From the NCBI GenBank assembly GCA_036802845.1, contig DAIRVL010000003.1:1-37127 (forward strand): a stretch of DNA of 37,127 nucleotides, written 5' to 3'. The translations under genes were made by a program, and so were the position numbers. Below are positions 19,624 to 25,923 of this stretch, piece by piece; the first letter of the stretch is position 1; every line of letters starts with the position of its first letter. The notes below the pieces were generated by a model. The model searched no databases and was not told where the DNA came from. It saw only the letters and a program-made list of their open reading frames with translations. This DNA comes from Pseudomonadales bacterium. Lineage in GTDB: Bacteria; Pseudomonadota; Gammaproteobacteria; Pseudomonadales; UBA3067.

Positions 19624-21108
19624 TCAATCGTGCATCTTAGGCTGACGAAACCCGCTGATGACAATCAAGTCATCGGTGCCGTAGCCATCCACCATTGGCA
19701 TATTTGTGTCGTCGCTATGTTGTATCGACACATAGGCCTTGGTGCCGCTGGCGTCAAAGATAAAGCCGGTGGGTTCGGCAGAGCTGTCCTTCACCGAAAG
19801 TATCTTCACGCAACCGTCGGTTTTGATGTCACGATCGGCACCATCACTTAAACAGGCGAAGATGTCACCGTTGGGATGATCCTCAATCACGTAGAGGCTG
19901 CCGGTGCCGGGCTGAAAGGCCAGGTTGTCGAAGGAGTTGAAGTCCGAGTCACCTTCCACAAAACGATTGACCACTACGGTGCGTTGGGTGGCACTGGCTG
20001 TCATCGGTGCGCTGTCTACGCCACAGATTGTTTCGGCAAAATTGCTGCCTGTCTCCAGGCCGGTGTTAGTCCAGCAGAAACGAACGGCTTCTGGATTAGC
20101 TGTGTCGTTAAACAGCGGATCGAGTTGCAGATCTTCGGGGCGATAGTAACCCGTGGCACCAGCAGTATTGGCATCGCTACGCACGGTGGCAGCGTTGACC
20201 AATAGCCAGGCGGCATTACCAATTTCGCAACCTTGACCGTATTGTTGCGTGTTATCACGGCAAGATACCTGCATGGCATAAACGCTGCCAGCCACCAGTG
20301 GCGATTGGTCAAGGTCACTGATAGTGCCCGTAGAGTGCGGCATGGCGGGGACAAACTTGAAGATCGCACCACCGTCAGCGTTAGCTGGTGAGCCTGGACG
20401 TAACTCGTCACCGGCAATGATCACGCCGTTTGCCAGTATTTCCAGTCCTTCCCATGCCATGGTGGGCAGGGCGGTGCGTTTGACAATTGCGTTGGTGTTA
20501 GTGGCGCCAGTAATATCAACAATCTCGCCGCTAGCGCGGTTTTTGACGGTATAGTTACTGGTTGCTAGCGGATTCAGAATCTCGTAAGCACCGCCATCGT
20601 TGGTTTCTTCAGTGGCCAGTACGGTTCCCCAGGCGGTCGTGCGAATGCCGTCACAACCATCCATTCCGCGCAGTACAGTTTCAACCGCACCGGTGCTCAG
20701 ATCAATGCTTTGTACTGAAGGATTGTATTTATCGCCGGATGCATAACCAGACAAGCCGTCACCGCTCAGTTCTTGCCGGTTACCCTCCACGCAGCTGATT
20801 AAATGCGTGGGGTTTTCTGCCGGGTAAAAGGCCAGCATGTCGGTGGAGTTGGCCGCTTGGCGGCTTAAATAATGCGCGTGTAGCCCCTTGGCCAGTGCTA
20901 CTTGGTCGGCGGCGTTTTGTTCGGTAGTGCGGTAGGCTCCAACAGTGCTTGGCGCAGATGCCTGAAGTGGGCTAACTACACCAAACAAGCGCATGGATTG
21001 AGCTTTCAGCATTTGTTCGACCATCAAACCAAAATCCTGGCCAGCTATAGCAGCGCCGGAGCCAAGCCCTGCCAGCGCAAGGGTCCTTGCAAAGCGTGAG
21101 AGTTTCAT
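19624..21108 (-). CDS. Secreted PhoX/DUF839-family beta-propeller protein (possible alkaline phosphatase)
   Basis: AGGAGG lies 4 nt upstream of ATG 21108. The signal peptide is MKLSRFARTLALAGLGSGAAIAG. The blocks TAWGTVLATEETNDGG, YYRPEDLQLDP, FDNLAFQPGTGSLYVIED and AEPTGFIFDASGTKAYVSIQHS resemble PhoX/DUF839 blocks. Confidence 0.65.
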   Translation of the reverse strand: MKLSRFARTLALAGLGSGAAIAGQDFGLMVEQMLKAQSMRLFGVVSPLQASAPSTVGAYRTTEQNAADQVALAKGLHAHYLSRQAANSTDMLAFYPAENPTHLISCVEGNRQELSGDGLSGYASGDKYNPSVQSIDLSTGAVETVLRGMDGCDGIRTTAWGTVLATEETNDGGAYEILNPLATSNYTVKNRASGEIVDITGATNTNAIVKRTALPTMAWEGLEILANGVIIAGDELRPGSPANADGGAIFKFVPAMPHSTGTISDLDQSPLVAGSVYAMQVSCRDNTQQYGQGCEIGNAAWLLVNAATVRSDANTAGATGYYRPEDLQLDPLFNDTANPEAVRFCWTNTGLETGSNFAETICGVDSAPMTASATQRTVVVNRFVEGDSDFNSFDNLAFQPGTGSLYVIEDHPNGDIFACLSDGADRDIKTDGCVKILSVKDSSAEPTGFIFDASGTKAYVSIQHSDDTNMPMVDGYGTDDLIVISGFRQPKMHD

Positions 21109-21238
21109 AATTCCTCCTGGGTAAAAAGCAGCATCTATTCCGATCCTGTATTCCAAGGTCGGGGTGAGTGACAAAGTCTACTTACGTCAGAAGTCAAAGA
21201 ATTGAAGTTTTTGTGAAGAAAAAATGTCAGCAAAACAA

Positions 21239-21274
21239 GAAAAACAGCGGGAAAAACAGTGTCAAAAACAGGAA
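21239..21274. repeat. Three tandem 12-bp units sharing the exact 8-mer AAAAACAG
   Basis: The units are GAAAAACAGCGG, GAAAAACAGTGT and CAAAAACAGGAA. The 8-mer sits at 21240, 21252 and 21264. They lie 132-163 bp upstream of the PhoX-like ATG and read CTGTTTTT on that gene's strand. Confidence 0.8.
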
Positions 21275-21406
21275 CAGGTTTGCGTAATTGCGTTAAGGAA
21301 GAGGCGTTAGAGGAGTATGTGTCTTAAATTTAAGGTCCTTCAAATTAAGACGGCATATTTATTAAATAACAAAAATTAAATTTACGGCCGATTTGAGAAA
21401 GGGAAA

Positions 21407-21670
21407 TTATTTACACAACCCCATTCTCAAGCTAACGGAGTCGTTAGGCCATTTTTTTTGTAGCTGGATTGGCCAAGCGCTTTGCCTATTACCTCCTTTG
21501 AAAAACACCCGACCATTAGCTTGGATTGATAAGATCACGAATTCTTGCTCAATCTGTCGGAGCTCGTTGTCGAATTCATGCTCAGTTATTCGCACCACAA
21601 TGTCACCTGGTTTCAATTTTAGTAACGCGACAGCCTCTTGATTCTTTGCGAACAGTGTTTCTGCGATCAT
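21407..21670 (-). CDS. Hypothetical 87-aa protein, downstream member of a coupled ORF pair
   Basis: Its ATG overlaps the upstream ORF's stop as ATGA. Composition is protein-like (KPGDIVVRITEHEF...VILSIQANGRVFFKGG). No domain is recognised. Confidence 0.45.
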   Translation of the reverse strand: MIAETLFAKNQEAVALLKLKPGDIVVRITEHEFDNELRQIEQEFVILSIQANGRVFFKGGNRQSAWPIQLQKKWPNDSVSLRMGLCK

Positions 21671-21888
21671 CGCGCTGCGACTCTCCGAGTGGAGTTGCTG
21701 ACATCAAGCCCCAGAGATGCAGCGAATGCGAGTTGACGCTCGCTTCTCTGTTCTGGAGGTTCGTGACCAATGGCTGACGCTACGGCATCCCAAAGAAGCG
21801 CTGCTGCATCTTTTTTTGTGACTCGGGAAAGATCTAGACCAAGTAGTGTTGCGAGTGTAATTTGATTTGGGGTTGGGACTTGATCCAT
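21667..21888 (-). CDS. Hypothetical 73-aa protein with two helix-hairpin-like repeats, upstream member of a coupled ORF pair
   Basis: It runs from ATG 21888 to TGA 21667; the track start at 21948 is TTG. The internal repeat is LATLLGLDLSRVTKKDAAALL versus LAFAASLGLDVSNSTRRVAA. The RBS is weak. Confidence 0.4.
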   Translation of the reverse strand: MDQVPTPNQITLATLLGLDLSRVTKKDAAALLWDAVASAIGHEPPEQRSERQLAFAASLGLDVSNSTRRVAAR

Positions 21889-22266
21889 AGTAGTTGCAGC
21901 CAAACTATAATTAGATACACCCAAAAGGTGTTTTGTTTTACACAACAAGGGCCCATGATTTTTGACTTGGCCACACTATACAAAGCCTTGCGGTTCTGTC
22001 AAACCGTGTGAAATACCTGAAACAAAATCGATAATGCTCCAAGGTGTAACACGCCTCCTAAATAAACAAGGTAAAACCTCTCCTGTTTTTGTATTCAAGA
22101 AAACTATTTAGTTATACAAGTTTATCTTTTTATTCTGATCCCAACCTGCGGCTAGACTTTTAATTGAGACGATTTTTTTGTGCGCTTTATGCAGGCGTTT
22201 TATCTTTATGCTTTGCAAGGTTTGCCACTGCAGAGCGTGGTGTTCTTATTACACAGGGTTTGTTGT

Positions 22267-23274
22267 ATGAAAGTAATTACAATCGCGGATATCCGCCAGC
22301 TGGTGCAGATAACAGGTCTTAGAGCCTTTTTTGAAACACTTATTGATTATTTGCATGACGATTTTAAACGTTGGGATCAGTTTCGGTTTTCCCCGCGTTA
22401 TGCGGCACATTATCCTCACGGTGTGATTGAGCTGATGCCTTGTTCGGATGCGCAATGGTTCAGTTACAAATTGGTGAATGGCCATCCGGCGAATCCCTTA
22501 AGGGGTGACTTATCGGTGGTGGCCATGGGACAGCTTGTTGATGTGCGTAATGGTTATCCGGTGATGTTGAGCGAAATGACCTTGCTCACGGCGTTTCGAA
22601 CGGCCGCTGTTGCCGCTCTGGGTGCCCGTTATATGGCGCGTCCAAATCTTGACTCACTGGCCATTATTGGTACCGGTGCGCAGGCCGAGTTTCAGGTGAT
22701 CGCCATGAGCTGCGTATTGCCGATCAACAAGGTCTATTGTTATGACATTGATCCTCATGCCATGAGCAAATTTGTCACTAATCTACATCCTCTGGGTTTT
22801 GATGTGATCGTTTGTGCCAGTGCGCAAGAAGCCATTGCATACACGCAACTGGTGATTACCGCAACGGCGGCCAAATTGCCTCAGTCCATTGCGCATTTTA
22901 ATGACTTGCAAGCCGGTACGCATATTCATGCCATGGGTGGCGATTGCCCGGGAAAAACCGAGTTCGAGCTGGACGTGTTGCAACAGGCACGAGTGGTGGT
23001 CGAGTATTTGCCGCAAAGTCTGATTGAAGGTGAGATTCAACAGGGCACAGTCTCTTTGGTTTATGCCGAACTCTGGGAGTTGGTGGCTGGTATCAAAAAA
23101 GGTCGTCAAAATGATAACGAGATTACCTTGTTCGATTCGGTGGGTTTTGCCTTGGAAGATTATTCTGTTTTGCGTTTGGTTCACGCGCTGAGCGAGCGCT
23201 ACCACTTGGGTACACAGATGGATTTGATTCCCGCATTAAAAGACCCCAAAAATTTGTTTTCATTGCTGGGGTAG
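22267..23274 (+). CDS. Ornithine cyclodeaminase / mu-crystallin family protein
   Basis: MKVITIADIRQLVQ...LIDYLHDDFKRW parallels the N-termini of bacterial ornithine cyclodeaminases. There is a Rossmann motif (IIGTGAQA). The track start at 22180 is an extension. Confidence 0.85.
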   Translation: MKVITIADIRQLVQITGLRAFFETLIDYLHDDFKRWDQFRFSPRYAAHYPHGVIELMPCSDAQWFSYKLVNGHPANPLRGDLSVVAMGQLVDVRNGYPVMLSEMTLLTAFRTAAVAALGARYMARPNLDSLAIIGTGAQAEFQVIAMSCVLPINKVYCYDIDPHAMSKFVTNLHPLGFDVIVCASAQEAIAYTQLVITATAAKLPQSIAHFNDLQAGTHIHAMGGDCPGKTEFELDVLQQARVVVEYLPQSLIEGEIQQGTVSLVYAELWELVAGIKKGRQNDNEITLFDSVGFALEDYSVLRLVHALSERYHLGTQMDLIPALKDPKNLFSLLG

Positions 23275-24107
23275 AGCGTTTTTACCAGGCTGGCCAGGAG
23301 TTTCAAGGTGCGGCCATCGTGGTCTTTACTGGGCACGTATTCGCTGATTTCCACACCACACAATGAGGTGTGACGAAAGGCCAGATTCAGCGCTGACAAA
23401 AGTTGAGCACGGCGAATCCCTTGACGCACCGGTGTTGCTACGGCCGGGGCATCGCGTGGATCCATAACATCCAGATCAATACTCAGGCCAATCCGGGTGC
23501 AACGTTGTTGTAATGCATGAACAGCATGTTGCAGTACCTTCGAGAGCGCATCGGGTGCGTTGAGGCTGTCGAGGGTATGGTATTCCACACCCAGCGCATC
23601 CAGCAGGGCTTTTTCCTTGGCTTCATAACTGCGCAAACCGATTAAAATCAAATTTTGCGGTTTCAGGTAAGTTTTGCCGGGATACAACTGCGACAAGCGT
23701 CGGTCGGATGCGCCGAGCAAGGCGGCCAATGGCATGCCGTGAACATTACCACTCGGGCTGGTTTGAAAAGTATGAGCATCCATGTGGGCATCCAGCCAGA
23801 TCAAACCCAAGGCATGGTCTTTGCCCAGGCCATCCATTACGCCGGACCACGTGCCTATGGCGCTGGAATGATCGCCTTCTACCATCAGAAAGGCCTGATT
23901 GTGACGGGCGCAATAGTGAGTGGCGTGATGTATCTGTTTAAAAAGATGCGCCAGTTTGTAATGCTTTTGCGTATTAACTTGCTTGATGCCGTAAGAGAAG
24001 TGCGGTTTCTGGTGCAAATAATCACCAAAGTAATGGTGAGCAGCTTCTCTTTGTCCATAATGCCTGCCACCGGCGGCCGAGGCGACTGCTATAGTTTTTA
24101 TGCGCAT
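23199..24107 (-). CDS. Arginase-family (ureohydrolase) enzyme, probably arginase
   Basis: Mn-ligand motifs are present: EGDHS, WLDAHMDAHT, SIDLDVMDP and GVEISEY. The last 76 nt overlap the 3' end of the convergent cyclodeaminase gene. Confidence 0.85.
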   Translation of the reverse strand: MRIKTIAVASAAGGRHYGQREAAHHYFGDYLHQKPHFSYGIKQVNTQKHYKLAHLFKQIHHATHYCARHNQAFLMVEGDHSSAIGTWSGVMDGLGKDHALGLIWLDAHMDAHTFQTSPSGNVHGMPLAALLGASDRRLSQLYPGKTYLKPQNLILIGLRSYEAKEKALLDALGVEYHTLDSLNAPDALSKVLQHAVHALQQRCTRIGLSIDLDVMDPRDAPAVATPVRQGIRRAQLLSALNLAFRHTSLCGVEISEYVPSKDHDGRTLKLLASLVKTLYPSNENKFLGSFNAGIKSICVPKW

Positions 24108-24222
24108 ACTTCACCCATCCGAGATTGCATTAGGATATCATTGCTCGTTTGATAGTATCAGTTTAGTTCAAGACCCTTGGGTATTTTGAGCCTCCTCTGG
24201 GTCAAGCAGGAGAGCCGTGAGT

Positions 24223-24867
24223 ATGAAAAGTCATTTTTTTGCCTATATCAGTAAGATCCGCTGGATCAGTCGCTGGGGTCTGAAGCGCAACGCCATTCCT
24301 GAAAATGTTATGGAACACAGTTGGGAAGTCAGCACGATTGCCCATGCGCTGGCGATTATCCGTAATCGCCTTTACGGGGGAAACGTGGATGTGAATGCCG
24401 TGGCAACGGCGGCCTTATATCACGATTGCAGTGAAGTGATTACCGGCGATATGCCTTCGCCGATTAAATATCATTCCAAGGCGATTCAGGAGGCTTACAA
24501 ATCCATTGAAGCTAAAGCACAACGTGAGTTGGTGGCTTTGTTACCCGTGGAGTTGCAGCAGGATTTTGCCGCTGTAATGGTGGAAGAAAATATTCCCCGT
24601 TCAACAATGCAATTAATTAAAGCAGCCGATACGCTTTCTGCCTATATCAAATGCCAGGCGGAAATTGCCTGCGGCAATGGTGAATTTGCCAAAGCAGCCG
24701 AAGATCTGGCTGTGCGCGTACAGCGCTATAATTTGCCTGAAGTGGATTATTTTATTAAGGTATTTGTTCCCAGTTACCAGTTGACCCTGGATGAATTGCT
24801 CTACAACAGTGAAAAACAGCAGGCGCTTTCTCAGCATGAAGAACACCTGATGGGTCCTGGTGATTAA
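24223..24867 (+). CDS. yfbR: HD-domain 5'-deoxynucleotidase
   Basis: MKSHFFAYISKIRWISRW...ENVMEHSW...LYHDCSEVITGDMPSPIKY matches YfbR. AGGAGA lies 9 nt upstream of ATG 24223. Confidence 0.88.
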   Translation: MKSHFFAYISKIRWISRWGLKRNAIPENVMEHSWEVSTIAHALAIIRNRLYGGNVDVNAVATAALYHDCSEVITGDMPSPIKYHSKAIQEAYKSIEAKAQRELVALLPVELQQDFAAVMVEENIPRSTMQLIKAADTLSAYIKCQAEIACGNGEFAKAAEDLAVRVQRYNLPEVDYFIKVFVPSYQLTLDELLYNSEKQQALSQHEEHLMGPGD

Positions 24868-25076
24868 GTACTGAATGTGGGTCGTTTGGTTTATGTTAAT
24901 CTATCGGCGTGTAAACTGCGCCAGATTGTTAAAAATTGCAGCGGCGGTTTTTTCGGCAAGTGGTGTGCGAATACGTTTTTAACAGTTGAAATTACCGTTC
25001 TGCGTTTGATAGGCCTACATGGAATACGTATTTTGAGTTCTGTGTACTGAATAATAATGATAACAGGAGCAAGACG

Positions 25077-25712
25077 ATGACTATTTTTCTGAAATCCTTT
25101 TTCTTCGCGTTGTTTATTTTTTCTGCGTCGGTGGAAGCGAGCTCCCAGTTTCAATCTACGGAGTGGATGCTGGCTGAAAGCACCGATGAAATTAAGGTTT
25201 ATACCAAGGGAATAAAAGATCGCCCTAATGCCAAAGAAATTAAATCAATAATGCGCATTTCACAGTCGCCTGAAAAATTGTTGGCGCTGGTTGTTGACTA
25301 CCCTAATGCCAAAAATTGGCGGCAGCGGGTCAAGTCAATGGAAAGGGTAAAAGACATTGATGGCAACAACTGGCTTGTACGTTCTGTGACTGATTTGCCC
25401 TGGCCTCTGGAAGATCGTACCGCCGTGATGACCTGTAATGTCGAACGTAACGAAAAAACCGGCACTATTATTTATACCTTTAAGTCGGCTGGAAAAGATA
25501 ACGGTTTGGATGCTTCAGAAACCATTGAGGGAAAATATATTTTTGTACCTTTGCCCAATGGACAGACAGAAATAACGCATCACATTGTGATGGACTCGCC
25601 GGTACAAGTACCCGAGTGGCTGATGAGTAGTATGATAGGCGATTCTTTTGTGACTCAAATGGAGCAAATGAAAACAGAGGTCTCATCCCCAAGGTATATG
25701 TCACAGGATTAA
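25077..25712 (+). CDS. Secreted START/SRPBCC-domain (lipid-binding) protein
   Basis: 211 aa with a signal peptide (...FSASVEA-SS). The segment W...ESTDEIKVYTK...VVDYPNAKNWRQRV...VTDLPWPLEDRTAV resembles the START-domain core. AGGAG lies 7 nt upstream. Confidence 0.65.
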   Translation: MTIFLKSFFFALFIFSASVEASSQFQSTEWMLAESTDEIKVYTKGIKDRPNAKEIKSIMRISQSPEKLLALVVDYPNAKNWRQRVKSMERVKDIDGNNWLVRSVTDLPWPLEDRTAVMTCNVERNEKTGTIIYTFKSAGKDNGLDASETIEGKYIFVPLPNGQTEITHHIVMDSPVQVPEWLMSSMIGDSFVTQMEQMKTEVSSPRYMSQD

Positions 25713-25718
25713 TCTAAT

Positions 25719-25762
25719 AACCCAAGCACAACGTTGTTTTGAAAGAACCTTGTGCTTGGGTT
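25719..25762. terminator. 12-bp inverted repeat between convergent genes
   Basis: AACCCAAGCACA-(20 nt)-TGTGCTTGGGTT. The loop is large and there is no clear U-tract. Confidence 0.35.
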
Positions 25763-25769
25763 AAGCCGT

Positions 25770-25913
25770 TTATTTTGAGCAGTGCTTGTTAGTGTCACAG
25801 CCACCGCACCCCCCGCAGCCAACCGATGTATTTTTCTTTCGAATAAATAATTTTTTTGCCCAGAACGCCAGGGCAATTAAAACGCACAAACCCACAATCA
25901 ACTCTTGCCACAT
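25770..25913 (-). CDS. FeoB-associated Cys-rich small membrane protein (47 aa), absent from the ORF track
   Basis: My translation is MWQELIVGLCVLIALAFWAKKLFIRKKNTSVGCGGCGGCDTNKHCSK*. GAGGA lies 7 nt upstream, and the gene starts 11 nt after the feoB stop. It has one TM helix, a basic stretch and a CGGCGGC cluster, as in the FeoB-associated family. Confidence 0.75.
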   Translation of the reverse strand: MWQELIVGLCVLIALAFWAKKLFIRKKNTSVGCGGCGGCDTNKHCSK

Positions 25914-25923
25914 AGGTTTATCC

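Noticed and set aside
19549-21099. Multiple 65-133-aa ORFs on both strands inside the PhoX-like gene
   Set aside because: These are typical alternative-frame ORFs of a GC-richer gene. They are Arg/Ser/Cys-rich nonsense and are fully nested in a 494-aa ORF with recognisable motifs.
21224-21310. 28-aa plus-strand ORF (MSAKQEKQREKQCQKQEQ...) spanning the 12-bp repeats
   Set aside because: Its EKQ periodicity is simply the translation of the DNA repeat. It has no RBS, so I interpret the region as regulatory DNA rather than coding.
18213-24107. Ornithine-lipid idea linking the acyltransferase with the nearby arginase (an ornithine supply) and a Pho-type promoter
   Set aside because: The acyltransferase belongs to the polytopic acyltransferase-3 family, not the OlsB (GNAT-like) or OlsA (PlsC-like) types. 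The genes are in separate transcription units of different composition.
22783-24152. Antisense ORFs 22783-23205 (-), 23655-24152 (+) and 23708-23941 (+)
   Set aside because: They are nested opposite the cyclodeaminase and arginase genes, have no motifs, and are explained as shadow ORFs.
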